Source of the DNA: an uncultured Spirochaetota bacterium
GTDB taxonomy: Bacteria > Spirochaetota > Spirochaetia > SZUA-6 > Fen-1364
Assembly (NCBI GenBank): GCA_963820525.1
Contig: CAWGAA010000001.1
Location: 544,001-608,000 of the forward strand
Direction of reading: 5' to 3'
DNA length: 64,000 nt
A program made the position numbers and the translations under genes. The notes beneath the pieces were generated by a model that saw nothing but the letters and a program-made list of their open reading frames with translations, was not told the DNA's origin and did not search any database. This document shows, piece by piece, positions 7,586 to 17,102 of the stretch (its first letter is position 1; every line of letters starts with the position of its first letter).

Positions 7586-9187
7586 TCAGCCGCCGAATGC
7601 CGTGGAGAGAAGCTCCTTCGTGTAGGGATGCCGGGGGTTGGAGAATATCTCCCGTGCCGGACCGGACTCCACGATCTTTCCCTGCCTCATGATGACGATC
7701 TGGTGGCAGAGGGATTTGAGAACCGCGAGGTCGTGGCTGATGAAGATATAGCTCAAGCCCAGCTTGTCCTGGAGGCCTTTGAGGAGCTCGATCACCTGGA
7801 ACTGGATGGTGCGGTCCAGAGAGGAAGTAGGCTCGTCCAGGACGAGCACAGCCGGCTTCAGCACCAGCGCGCGCGCAAGCGCGATACGCTGCCTTTGGCC
7901 TCCTGAAAACTCGTGGGGGTAGCGGAATCGCTGCTCGGGGTCAAGGCCAACTTCCCGCATGGTTTCAATAATGAGCCGCTGCCTGCTCTGCGGGTCGCCG
8001 ACCTTGTGGACAAGCAGGCCCTCGCCAATGATCTGCTCCACGGACATCCTGGGGCTCAGGCTGCCGAAGGGGTCCTGGAATATGATCTGCACGCGCCCGC
8101 GCAGGAGGCGAAGCTCTTCCTGTTTCATGAGATGAATGGCTTCCCCGTCGAGGCTGATCTCACCTTCGCTTTTTACCAAGCGAAGTATGGCTTTGCCCAG
8201 TGTAGTCTTGCCCGAACCGCTCTCTCCCGCCACGCCCAGGGTCTGGCCCTTCAGGAGCTCAAATGCTACGCCGTCCACCGCCTTCACGTAGCCCTTTGTC
8301 CTTCGAAGGAAGCCCCTTTGAACGGGAAACCACACCTTCAGGTTCTCAACGCGCATGAGGGTCCCGCGTGCTGGATCAGGCGCCGGCGGCTCGCCCTTGG
8401 GCTCGGCGTCCAGAAGCGTGCGGGTATAGGGATGCCGCGGCCGGCTGAAGATCTCATCGACCGGGTTCTGCTCGAGAATCAGCCCGTCATGCATCACGGC
8501 CACGCGGTCCGCGATGCGGCGGACGATACCCAGATCGTGCGTGATGAAGAGCACCGACATTCCGAGGTCCCGCTGGAGGTCCTTGATGAGGCGGAGGATC
8601 TGGGCCTGGATGGTGACATCCAGCGCCGTGGTGGGCTCGTCCGCAATGAGGAGCTTCGGCCCGTTCACCAGCGCCATGGCAATCATCACCCGCTGCCTCT
8701 CCCCGCCGGAGAGCTGGTGCGGATACGCCTTGAGCTTGGCTCGAGGGTCCTGAAGCCCTACCCTGCCCAGCCAGTCCACGGCGATCGGGCTCGCCTTGGA
8801 GGGCGGCAAACCCTGGTGGAGAGAGAGGGCCTCGTTCATCTGTCTTTCCACGGTATGCAGGGGGTTGAGGGATGACATGGGCTCCTGGAAGATCATGCCG
8901 ATCTCGGCCCCCCTGATGCTCAAGAGCTCCTGGGGTGTCATGCCCAGTATTTCTCGCCCGCGAAACCAGACCTCTCCCCGAGGGTAGGCGATCAAAGACT
9001 CGGGTATGAGCCGAAGAACGGACTGGGCGGTGACAGTCTTGCCCGACCCGCTTTCTCCGACAAGGGCTACAGTCTCGTTTTCCCCTATTGAGAGGTCCAC
9101 TCCATGGACCACGTTGTTCACCGCGCCCGCTTTTCGAAAGCCGATATGGAGGCCGCTGATTCTCAGAAGCTCGCTCTGGGCGGCCAT
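7586..9187 (-). CDS. yejF: Peptide ABC transporter fused ATPase, YejF-like
   Basis: Two Walker A GESGSGKT motifs, LSGGERQR and FSGGQRQR signatures. Confidence 0.9.
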   Translation of the reverse strand: MAAQSELLRISGLHIGFRKAGAVNNVVHGVDLSIGENETVALVGESGSGKTVTAQSVLRLIPESLIAYPRGEVWFRGREILGMTPQELLSIRGAEIGMIFQEPMSSLNPLHTVERQMNEALSLHQGLPPSKASPIAVDWLGRVGLQDPRAKLKAYPHQLSGGERQRVMIAMALVNGPKLLIADEPTTALDVTIQAQILRLIKDLQRDLGMSVLFITHDLGIVRRIADRVAVMHDGLILEQNPVDEIFSRPRHPYTRTLLDAEPKGEPPAPDPARGTLMRVENLKVWFPVQRGFLRRTKGYVKAVDGVAFELLKGQTLGVAGESGSGKTTLGKAILRLVKSEGEISLDGEAIHLMKQEELRLLRGRVQIIFQDPFGSLSPRMSVEQIIGEGLLVHKVGDPQSRQRLIIETMREVGLDPEQRFRYPHEFSGGQRQRIALARALVLKPAVLVLDEPTSSLDRTIQFQVIELLKGLQDKLGLSYIFISHDLAVLKSLCHQIVIMRQGKIVESGPAREIFSNPRHPYTKELLSTAFGG

Positions 9188-10215
9188 CAGGCTGCCCTCC
9201 GCGGGTCGAAGGCGTCGCGCACGGCTTCACCAATGAACACGAGGAGGCTCAAGCTGCCCGCCAGAACCACGAAAGAAGATATGCCCAGCCAGGGAGCCTG
9301 GAGGTTGGCCTTGCCCTGGGCCAAGAGGTCACCCAGAGACGGGGAGCCCGGAGGCATTCCGAAACCCAGGAAGTCGAGCGACGTGAGGGTGGTGATGGAT
9401 CCCCCGAGGATGAACGGGAGGAACGTGAGGGTGGCCACCATTGCGTTGGGGAGCATGTGGCGGAAGATGATCCGCGCATTGCTCATCCCCATCGCTTTTG
9501 CGGCCATCACATACTCGAAGTTGCGGGCCCGCAGGAACTCCGCCCGTACCAGCCCCACCAGGCTCATCCAGCCGAAAAGCAGCGTGATGAGCAGGAGCCA
9601 CCAGAAGTTGGGCTGAACAACGCTTGAGAGGATGATCAGGAGGAACAAGGTTGGCATGCCGGACCAGACCTCGATGAACCGCTGGCCGAGGATGTCGACC
9701 ACGCCGCCGTAGAAACCCTGGATTGCCCCAGCCGCCACGCCGATGGCGGAGGAGAAGAAGGTCAGCGTAAGACCGAAGAGGACCGAAATGCGAAACCCAT
9801 AGATGAGAATGGCCACCACGTCATAGCCGTTCTCGTCGGTTCCGAGCCAGTTCTGCCAGGTGGGAGGAGACGGCGCGGGGCTGGGCAGGCTGTAGTTGAT
9901 CGTGCTGTAGCTGAAGGGGATGAGCGGCCAGAGCATCCAGCCCCTGGCTTTTATAATTTGCTGGACAACCGGATCCCTGTAGTCGGCCGTTGTTCCGAAC
10001 TCTCCGCCAAAATCCTTTTCCGTGAAGCTCTTGAATACGGGAAAGTACAGCCTGCCGTTGAAGCTCACAATGAGAGGGACATCGTTTGCAATCAGCTCCG
10101 CGAGCAAGCTCAGGCCGAATAGAGCCAGGAATATCCACAGCGAAATGAACCCCCGACGGTTGGCCTTGAAGCGGCGATAGCGGTCCTGACCGATCCTGCT
10201 AAGGGCTATCTTCAT
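9187..10215 (-). CDS. yejE: Peptide ABC transporter permease, YejE-like
   Basis: RFKANRRG, NWLGTD..G.DV, RAEFLRARNFEYV, PPGSPSLGDLL. Confidence 0.9.
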   Translation of the reverse strand: MKIALSRIGQDRYRRFKANRRGFISLWIFLALFGLSLLAELIANDVPLIVSFNGRLYFPVFKSFTEKDFGGEFGTTADYRDPVVQQIIKARGWMLWPLIPFSYSTINYSLPSPAPSPPTWQNWLGTDENGYDVVAILIYGFRISVLFGLTLTFFSSAIGVAAGAIQGFYGGVVDILGQRFIEVWSGMPTLFLLIILSSVVQPNFWWLLLITLLFGWMSLVGLVRAEFLRARNFEYVMAAKAMGMSNARIIFRHMLPNAMVATLTFLPFILGGSITTLTSLDFLGFGMPPGSPSLGDLLAQGKANLQAPWLGISSFVVLAGSLSLLVFIGEAVRDAFDPRRAA

Positions 10216-10216
10216 G

Positions 10217-11326
10217 CTATGTACGCCTCGATTCGAAATCGATGCGCGGGTCTACCAGCGTATAGGTGAGGTCGCTCACCAGGGCCAGCGCAAGACCCAG
10301 GAGCGTGAAGATATACAGCGTGCCGAACATGACCGGATAATCCCTCTGCGTGGTGGCCTCGAAGCCGAGGAGACCCAGCCCATTGAGGGAGAAAATCACC
10401 TCGATGAGAACGGAGCCGGTGAAGAGCATTCCTATGAGCGCCGCGGGAAACCCGGAGATCACCAGGAGCATGGCGTTTCTGAAAACGTGCTTCCGCAATA
10501 TCCGCCTTTCCGTCAGGCCCTTTGCGCGGGCCGTCATCACGTACTGCTTGTGGATCTCGTCCAGGAAGGAGTTCTTGGTGAGCATGGTGAGGATGGCGAA
10601 CCCCCCGATAACGAGCGACGTGACGGGAAGAGCCAGATGCCAGAAGTAGTCGCCTATCTTGGCAAGGAGCCCCAGGCTGTCGAAGTTCGTTGATACCAGG
10701 CCCCGAAGCGGGAAGACCTTGAGGTACGAGCCTCCGGCGAAAAGGATGATGAGAAGGATTGCGAAGAGGAATACGGGAATCGTATTTCCCAGTATCACGA
10801 GGGTGCTCGTCCACATGTCGAAGCGGCTTCCGTGCCTGACGGCCTTGCGTACGCCCAGGGGAATGGACACGAGGTAGATGATCAGCGTGCTCCACACTCC
10901 GATGGAGATGGAGACGGGCATTCGCTCGAGGACGAGCCCGATCACGCTCCTGCCCTGGAACAGGCTGTCACCGAAATCGAATACCAGGTAGCGGCGGATC
11001 ATCTCCACGTAGCGTACAAGGAGCGGCTTGTCGAAGCCGTAGAGCTTCTTTATCTGCTCCACAACCTGGGGATCCAGTCCCTGGGCCCCGCGGTACGGGG
11101 AGCCGACGTTCCCGGTCCCCGGTGTGCCTTTGCGTGGAGCCACTTCCTGCCTGCCCTGCCCGGAGATGCGTCCCAACGCCCCCGCGGTTGCAAGGCCGCT
11201 GAGCCTGGCCACCTCCTGGTCCACCGGTCCGCCGGGAGCCAGCTGCACTATGAAAAAATTGATCGTTATGATGGCCCAGAGCGTGGGAATCATGAGAAGA
11301 AGGCGCCGAAGGATGTAAGCTCCCAT
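10217..11326 (-). CDS. yejB: Peptide ABC transporter permease, YejB-like
   Basis: [47 protein letters not shown]. Confidence 0.92.
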   Translation of the reverse strand: MGAYILRRLLLMIPTLWAIITINFFIVQLAPGGPVDQEVARLSGLATAGALGRISGQGRQEVAPRKGTPGTGNVGSPYRGAQGLDPQVVEQIKKLYGFDKPLLVRYVEMIRRYLVFDFGDSLFQGRSVIGLVLERMPVSISIGVWSTLIIYLVSIPLGVRKAVRHGSRFDMWTSTLVILGNTIPVFLFAILLIILFAGGSYLKVFPLRGLVSTNFDSLGLLAKIGDYFWHLALPVTSLVIGGFAILTMLTKNSFLDEIHKQYVMTARAKGLTERRILRKHVFRNAMLLVISGFPAALIGMLFTGSVLIEVIFSLNGLGLLGFEATTQRDYPVMFGTLYIFTLLGLALALVSDLTYTLVDPRIDFESRRT

Positions 11327-11330
11327 TGAA

Positions 11331-13145
11331 TTACTTTTTTGGCAGCCTGGCTTCTTTGGCCTTATCTATCCACCAGTTCTCAGAGCCCAGTGCATACTTG
11401 GGTATGATGGGAGCCCGGGAGAACTTGTTCCAATAGGCGATCCGGTAGGTGCCCACGTACCACTCCGGGATGACATAGAAGTTCCACGTGAGCACTCTAT
11501 CCAGGGCCCGGCCCCAGTACAGGAGGGCCGCATCGTTCTCCTGGTTGGCTTCAATGCCGGCGATGAGGTAGTCCACAGCCTTGTCCTGCACGCCCGCCTG
11601 ATTGTACGTGGAATCGATGTAGGCGGACTGCCACACAATCTTGAGATCGACGCTGGGGTATGCGTTCGCGCTGTACCCACTTGATATCATGTCGAAGTTC
11701 CTGTTGTGCCATCGCTCGAGGAATTGGGAAGAGTCCACGACGCGGATGTTCATCGTGATTCCCATTCTCGCGAGGTTGTCTTTCACGGGAACCGCAATTC
11801 GCTCCAGCGAAGGGCTGCCCGATTGCAGAAGAAGCTCGAAGACAAAGGGCTCACCCGTCTTCACATTGACCAGCTTCTCGTTTCGCACCTCCCATCCCGC
11901 TTCCTTGAGAAGGTCCAAGGCCTTCCTGATCTGATCTCGAATGTTTCCCGTGCCATCGGTAACGGGAGGGTTGTACTCGGACGCGAAAACCTCGGGAGGA
12001 ATCTTGTCCTTGATGGGCGCCAGGATGGAAAGCTCCTCCTTGCCGGGAAGGCCTCGTGCCTCATAGTCCGTATTTGTGAAGTAGCTGCGGGTACGCTTGT
12101 ACTGCCCGTAGAACAGGTTCTTGTTCATCCACGGGAAATCCAGGGCATAGTTGAGGGCCTGGCGCACGCGCCTGTCCTGGAAGATTGGCCTCTTGATGTT
12201 GAACACCAGGGCTTGCATGGTCTGGGGACTTTGGTCCGGGATTTCCTCCTTGATGATGGAGCCATTGTCAAATCCCCGGCCCTTGTAGAGAGTGGCCCAG
12301 TTCTTTGCAATGTTCTCCTGGTAGAAATCGTATTCTCCGGCCTTGAAAGCTTCGAATGCTACAGTCTCATCCCTGTAGTAGTCATAGCGCACGAAGTCGA
12401 AATTGAGCCGCCCTTTGTTCACGGGCAGGTCCGCGCCCCAATAGTTCTTCAGGCGCTGGTATACCGCGTACTGACCCATCTTGTAGTCCGATACGGTATA
12501 TGCACCGCTTCCCAGCGGGATCTCCGTGAGCGGCTCGGACAGTTTATGTTTCTCCCAATACTGCTTGGGCAGCACCGTTAGATTGGCAAGAGCCACCATA
12601 AGTGCCTTGTTGCCCTTTTTCAATGTGAACTTCACGCGAAGCCCGTCCAGCGCCTCCACCTTGGCCACTCCCGCAAAGTAGAGCCTGAATTGGGGAACCC
12701 CCTCGGTCATGAACTTGTTGAAGGAGAAAACCACCTCATCAGCCGTGATGGGAGTGGCGTCCTGGTTCCTGGCCTTGGGATTAATCGAGAAGATGATCCA
12801 CGTGTAGTCGACGGGATACTCCACCTTCTCCGCAATCAGGGGGTAGTAGACGTCGCTCTCGTCCTCTGACGCGGCCATCAGGGTATCGTAAAAGCTTTCG
12901 CTGGCTGCCTCAAAGTTCCCCCGCGTGGCGTACCGGTTGAAGCTGTCGTAGGTGCCGATCTCATGCAGACTGAAGGTCCCTCCCTTGGGCGCGTCCGGGT
13001 TCACGTAGTCGAAGTGCGTGAATCCAGCGGAGTACTTGGGCGTTCCATGGATGGCGAGCGCGTACGATACGATGATCCGAGGCGCCGCCCACGCGCAGGC
13101 GGCTCCGGTGAGAAATCCGATGAGAAAAAGACAACGTAGCTTCAT
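11331..13145 (-). CDS. yejA: Peptide ABC transporter substrate-binding protein, YejA-like
   Basis: Signal peptide; [41 protein letters not shown]. Confidence 0.9.
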   Translation of the reverse strand: MKLRCLFLIGFLTGAACAWAAPRIIVSYALAIHGTPKYSAGFTHFDYVNPDAPKGGTFSLHEIGTYDSFNRYATRGNFEAASESFYDTLMAASEDESDVYYPLIAEKVEYPVDYTWIIFSINPKARNQDATPITADEVVFSFNKFMTEGVPQFRLYFAGVAKVEALDGLRVKFTLKKGNKALMVALANLTVLPKQYWEKHKLSEPLTEIPLGSGAYTVSDYKMGQYAVYQRLKNYWGADLPVNKGRLNFDFVRYDYYRDETVAFEAFKAGEYDFYQENIAKNWATLYKGRGFDNGSIIKEEIPDQSPQTMQALVFNIKRPIFQDRRVRQALNYALDFPWMNKNLFYGQYKRTRSYFTNTDYEARGLPGKEELSILAPIKDKIPPEVFASEYNPPVTDGTGNIRDQIRKALDLLKEAGWEVRNEKLVNVKTGEPFVFELLLQSGSPSLERIAVPVKDNLARMGITMNIRVVDSSQFLERWHNRNFDMISSGYSANAYPSVDLKIVWQSAYIDSTYNQAGVQDKAVDYLIAGIEANQENDAALLYWGRALDRVLTWNFYVIPEWYVGTYRIAYWNKFSRAPIIPKYALGSENWWIDKAKEARLPKK

Positions 13146-13214
13146 CCATCCTCCAGCGCCGCTCGGACCGCACCCGAAAGGCGCGGCGCTCGTGATCCGC
13201 CCGGATCCGGCCCT

Positions 13215-13670
13215 CTACTCGAGTTTCCGCCGATCGTCGGGCGGCAGGAACTCGGGGAAGCTGAAAAGCGAGTATCCTCGAGGAATGTCGAAGTCCTCCA
13301 CAGCGGCTCCGCTTCTCACGCACGCCCGCAATCCGGCCTCGGCCTGGTCCAGGGGAACGTTCAAGCCAATGGCCGCCTCAGACACGGTGAGGATCCCCCC
13401 GCGCTCCCGGGCCAGCCGGAGGATGCTCACGGGCAGAAGCGGATCGATGCGCACGGCCGGTTTCCGTGCCCGCCACCGTATCCCGGCCGCTTTGCGCGTA
13501 AGGGAGGAAAGCTCTTTTCCCGCGAGGGCCCAGATTCCCGCGGCGAAGAACGCCGCGCCGACGAAGAATCCCTCAATGCCGATGGGAAAAATCGGGCTCG
13601 CAAAGACGAAAACCGATATGCCGCCGCAGACGATGGCCGCATACCCCAGGACGCGTCTCCATTTTGACAT
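13215..13670 (-). CDS. Hypothetical membrane protein (2 TM + C-terminal winged-helix-like domain)
   Basis: ATG behind GAGGA; two hydrophobic helices, then ILRLARERGGILTVSEAA..AEAGL. Confidence 0.7.
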   Translation of the reverse strand: MSKWRRVLGYAAIVCGGISVFVFASPIFPIGIEGFFVGAAFFAAGIWALAGKELSSLTRKAAGIRWRARKPAVRIDPLLPVSILRLARERGGILTVSEAAIGLNVPLDQAEAGLRACVRSGAAVEDFDIPRGYSLFSFPEFLPPDDRRKLE

Positions 13671-13692
13671 TCCTCTTCGCTCTTCCGAATCG

Positions 13693-13721
13693 AATGTAGC
13701 GAATGAGCCCCGGAAATACAA
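13693..13721 (-). promoter_or_regulatory. Putative sigma70 promoter upstream of the membrane protein/yej genes
   Basis: TTGTAT-N17-TACATT. Confidence 0.5.
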
Positions 13722-13770
13722 GAATCGCTCAGGCCCTGCCGCCGTGCTTACCGCGGCTCGGGATTTTTCC

Positions 13771-14505
13771 TCAGCCCAGGAGTCCCGCCCGGGCCAGGGC
13801 TGCTCCGAGCGACTTGGAGGCGGCGCTTTTCAGAAGCGCCGGCGGACGGCCTATCGCCGGCTCGATCCCCGGATCGAATGGCACCTCGCCCAGGAAGGCG
13901 ACCCCCCGGGCCTTTGCCAGATCTTCAACTGTCCGGGCGTCTCCCCGGCACATGTTGGCGATGACTCCGACCACCGCCGTCTCCATCTCTTCCAGCATCG
14001 TCAGGAGCCTGTCCACGACCCTCACCGAGACCGTGGACGGGGTCGATACCAGGAGCGCCTCCACCCGGGGCACGAGGGACATCAGGTCAAGCACTTCGTC
14101 TCCTATTCCGGGCGGCATGTCGATGATCAGCACGTCAAGCTCTCCCCACATGGTCACGGCCAGGAGCTCCAGGATGGCGTCGGTCACCTCGGGACCCCGG
14201 AGCGGCAGGGCATGCTCGCCGGTGAAGGCCGACACGCTCATCAGCGAGACTCCGTCAGCAGCGGGAAGCGGCAGGAGCCCCTCCTTCTCCTGCGGGAAGC
14301 GGGACTTCACTCCCAGGACTATATGGTCTGAAGAGCCCTGGAAATCCATGTCGAGCAGGCCGACGCGCATGCCCCGCGCTCCCATTGAAAGCGCGGCGAG
14401 GCACGAGCAGAGGGTCTTTCCCACGCCTCCCTTGGCGGAGCTGAATGCGACGATCCTCCGAGCTTGGGCCAGGCGCTTTTCCACGACGCTGCGGCGCGGG
14501 TCCAT
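13771..14505 (-). CDS. hypB: Mrp/MinD-family ATPase, ATPase-type hydrogenase maturation factor HypB (Thermococcales-like)
   Basis: MDPR start, KGGVGKT, LDMDFQGSSDH, PLRG, IDMPPG.GD; no C-terminal CPxC; TGATG-coupled to hypA. Confidence 0.75.
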   Translation of the reverse strand: MDPRRSVVEKRLAQARRIVAFSSAKGGVGKTLCSCLAALSMGARGMRVGLLDMDFQGSSDHIVLGVKSRFPQEKEGLLPLPAADGVSLMSVSAFTGEHALPLRGPEVTDAILELLAVTMWGELDVLIIDMPPGIGDEVLDLMSLVPRVEALLVSTPSTVSVRVVDRLLTMLEEMETAVVGVIANMCRGDARTVEDLAKARGVAFLGEVPFDPGIEPAIGRPPALLKSAASKSLGAALARAGLLG

Positions 14506-14921
14506 CACGGCTCCCCCGGCTCGGCCAGCTCGATCGCCGCGATGCTCACCCCCCTGCCCTTTTCCACGCTGAAGTCCGCGCTCCCGCAGCCGGGACAGCG
14601 GATGAAGGCATGGGCGGCCTCGGGCAGGAAATGGATCGCTTCCCTCTGATCCTCCGTCACGGCGGAATCTTCCGCCAGGCTCCATCGCCGTCCGCACGCC
14701 CTGCATGCCAGCTCGGCTTTCTCGGTCTCGAGGACTATGGCCTGAGGGGCGATCCCAAAGGGCCCCAGCAGGGTCGAAAGCCCGAAACTGAAGATTTCCC
14801 GGTCCACGGCCTGGAGCTCTCCTATCAGGATACGCACGGAGCGCAGGGAGCTCGGCTCTTTATCGCCGAGGGTGCCCCGGATCGCGGTCACAACCGCGTC
14901 AGCGAGAGCCCATTCATGCAT
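14505..14921 (-). CDS. hypA: Hydrogenase nickel metallochaperone HypA
   Basis: N-terminal MHE Ni motif, GEL, two CxxC (CRAC, CPGC), KGRG. Confidence 0.93.
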   Translation of the reverse strand: MHEWALADAVVTAIRGTLGDKEPSSLRSVRILIGELQAVDREIFSFGLSTLLGPFGIAPQAIVLETEKAELACRACGRRWSLAEDSAVTEDQREAIHFLPEAAHAFIRCPGCGSADFSVEKGRGVSIAAIELAEPGEP

Positions 14922-14934
14922 CGATTTCAGCCTC

Positions 14935-15396
14935 TTATCTCTGGTAGGTGCCGTACAGGGACGCTTTGGCCAGGACGCGACCTTCCATGGCCTTTACCAG
15001 ATCGGCTTTTAAAGCGCCCGCCGGGAGAGCAAGCTCCCGGTCCAGGGCATGGAGGGTGAAGACATAGCGGTGGGGTTTCCCCTGGGGCGGACAGGGCCCG
15101 CCGTATCCCAGGCGGCCGAAGTCGTTCCTGCCCTGACGGGTGCCGTCTTCGAGGGCCGAAACCGTGCGAACCCCTTGCGCGAGCCCATGGGAAGAGGCGG
15201 GAATGTTGAAGATGACCCAATGAACCCAGATGCCCACGGGAGCATCCGGGTCGTCGCAGATCACTGCAAATGACTTGGCGGCCGGAGGAGGCCCGCTCCA
15301 GCTCAATGCGGGAGAAATGTCCCTGCCGTCGCAGGTATATATCGTGGGAATCCGGCCGGCGGGCTTAAAAGCGTCAGAGGCGAGGGTAAACGCCAT
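14935..15396 (-). CDS. YbhB/YbcL family PEBP (Raf kinase inhibitor-like) protein
   Basis: YTCDG.DISP.LSW, DDPDAP, HW, GYGGPCPP, HRYVF. Confidence 0.93.
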   Translation of the reverse strand: MAFTLASDAFKPAGRIPTIYTCDGRDISPALSWSGPPPAAKSFAVICDDPDAPVGIWVHWVIFNIPASSHGLAQGVRTVSALEDGTRQGRNDFGRLGYGGPCPPQGKPHRYVFTLHALDRELALPAGALKADLVKAMEGRVLAKASLYGTYQR

Positions 15397-15421
15397 GACA
15401 AATACCTCCCCGTCGCACTCG

Positions 15422-15451
15422 ATAGTATCGCCATGGAGCGGTGTTCCGCAA
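15422..15451 (-). promoter_or_regulatory. Putative promoter of ybhB-hypA-hypB
   Basis: TTGCGG-N18-TACTAT, then a GGAGG SD. Confidence 0.45.
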
Positions 15452-15504
15452 GGCGCGGCTCCGTGCTCTCATTCGCCGCGGCCGCATCGATTTTCTAGCA
15501 TTGT

Positions 15505-15792
15505 TCAGGCATGAGGAAGGGAGCGGATCACGCCCTTGATGAAGGAATCCGAGACGGAGTAGATCCGCCGATTCCCCTTGACCTTGGAGGTCACGATCCC
15601 CTCCCTCTTCAATACGGCAAGGTGTTGGGAAACAACGGGCTGAGACTCGTCCAGGCATGCGGAGAGGTCCGACACGCAGGGCTCCTTGTTTTCAATGGCG
15701 CACAGGAGTCGCACGCGGATGGGATGACCACAGACCTTGAGCTTTCGCGCGACCTGCGAGAACTTCTCCTGGAGAAGCTTGTTTTTTTCCAT
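15505..15792 (-). CDS. ArsR/SmtB family transcriptional regulator
   Basis: GHPIRVRLL, CVSDL, SQPVVSQHLAVLKREGIV, GNRRIY. Confidence 0.9.
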   Translation of the reverse strand: MEKNKLLQEKFSQVARKLKVCGHPIRVRLLCAIENKEPCVSDLSACLDESQPVVSQHLAVLKREGIVTSKVKGNRRIYSVSDSFIKGVIRSLPHA

Positions 15793-15813
15793 ATTCTCCG
15801 CTAACTTCCCCTT

Positions 15814-15843
15814 ATTCTACATGAAATGCTCGGGCAGTATCAA
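15814..15843 (-). promoter_or_regulatory. Putative promoter of the ArsR gene
   Basis: TTGATA-N18-TAGAAT. Confidence 0.55.
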
Positions 15844-15854
15844 GGACATCGACG

Positions 15855-17102
15855 ATGATCTACCTCGACTGGGCTGCCTCGGCCCCCCCCGACCCGCACG
15901 CCCTCGACACGGCTCGGGAGGTCTCATCCCGGCACTTCGCGAACCCCTCCTCCCCTCACGCCGCCGGCAAGGCGGCGCGTGATCTCCTGGAAGCCGCGCG
16001 GGCGCGGTTGTCCGCGCTTCTCGGCGGCGGCCGGATCGTCTTCACTTCCGGGGCCACCGAATCGAACTCGAGCCTGCTTCTCGCGCTGCTGGGCCGCAAG
16101 CGCGGGGCGGATTCCCGCACGCGGGTCGTCAGGCTGGTCGCAAGCTCCGTTGAGCACGCATCGATCTACGAGCAGGCCCGACTGCTGGAGAACCTGGGGA
16201 TCTCGTGCTCGTTCATCGCTCCCGACTCACTCGGCCTCGTGGACCCTCTGCGGGTGGCGGAGAGCCTCGACGTGGACACGGCTCTGGTATCCATCATGCT
16301 CGTGAACAACGAGACGGGCGCCATCCAGAGAGTGAGCGACGCGGTTCGTGCCGTGCGCGCGTTCTCCGCCCGCTCGGGCAGGCGCATCCTGGTGCATACC
16401 GACGCCGCGCAGGGTTTCTGCAAGATCCCTTTCCTTCCCGCGGAGCTCGGCGTGGACGCCGCATCCCTGAGCGGCCATAAGATCGGAGGCCCCCGGGGCA
16501 TTGGGGCGCTCTGGCTCTCCCCCGATTGCAGGGCCGAGTTCCTTGCCGCAGGAGGAGGACAGGAGTCGGGAAAGAGGCCGGGCACGGAGAATCTCGCCGG
16601 CGCCTGCGCAATGCTTGCCGCGGCGGAAACACGGATTGCACGCCTGCCCGAAGAGCTTGCCGCGGTTCGCTCGAAGATGGGTCGGCTGATCAGGGCGGTA
16701 AAGGAGATCCCGGGTGCGGTCTTCTTCCCCGAAGGCCGGGGCGGTGTTTCGGCAGGGGAGAAAACGGACCCCTTCTCGCCGTTCATCCTCTCGTTCGGGT
16801 TCCCATCCATCCCCGGTGAAGTCGTGGTGCGGGTGGCGGATTCGAAGGGATTCCTCATCGGAACGGGATCCGCGTGCTCTTCGCGCAAGAAATCCCGAAC
16901 GCGCGTGCTGGAGAGCATGGGGATCCGCCACGAGACGGCCCTCTCCGCGGTCCGCGTCTCGATTGGCCCATCCACCACGGAGGGGGATCTCGACGCGTTT
17001 GCCAGCATGCTGAAGGAGGAAGTGCCGGCGCTTCTGGCCATGTCGGGGAAGGCGTCGCTGCGGGGGTCGCGGCCGGAGACTTCCCGGGGGAGGCGGGCAT
17101 GA
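15855..17102 (+). CDS. iscS: Cysteine desulfurase (IscS/NifZ-like)
   Basis: IYLD.AA, ANPSSPH, FTSGATES, VNNETG, HTDAAQ, SGHK PLP lysine, GSACSS catalytic Cys. Confidence 0.9.
   Translation: MIYLDWAASAPPDPHALDTAREVSSRHFANPSSPHAAGKAARDLLEAARARLSALLGGGRIVFTSGATESNSSLLLALLGRKRGADSRTRVVRLVASSVEHASIYEQARLLENLGISCSFIAPDSLGLVDPLRVAESLDVDTALVSIMLVNNETGAIQRVSDAVRAVRAFSARSGRRILVHTDAAQGFCKIPFLPAELGVDAASLSGHKIGGPRGIGALWLSPDCRAEFLAAGGGQESGKRPGTENLAGACAMLAAAETRIARLPEELAAVRSKMGRLIRAVKEIPGAVFFPEGRGGVSAGEKTDPFSPFILSFGFPSIPGEVVVRVADSKGFLIGTGSACSSRKKSRTRVLESMGIRHETALSAVRVSIGPSTTEGDLDAFASMLKEEVPALLAMSGKASLRGSRPETSRGRRA

Noticed and set aside
7586..13145. ABC system as a nickel importer serving hypAB
   Set aside because: Motifs are YejABEF-type, and a separate promoter at 13693-13721 lies between hypB and these genes.
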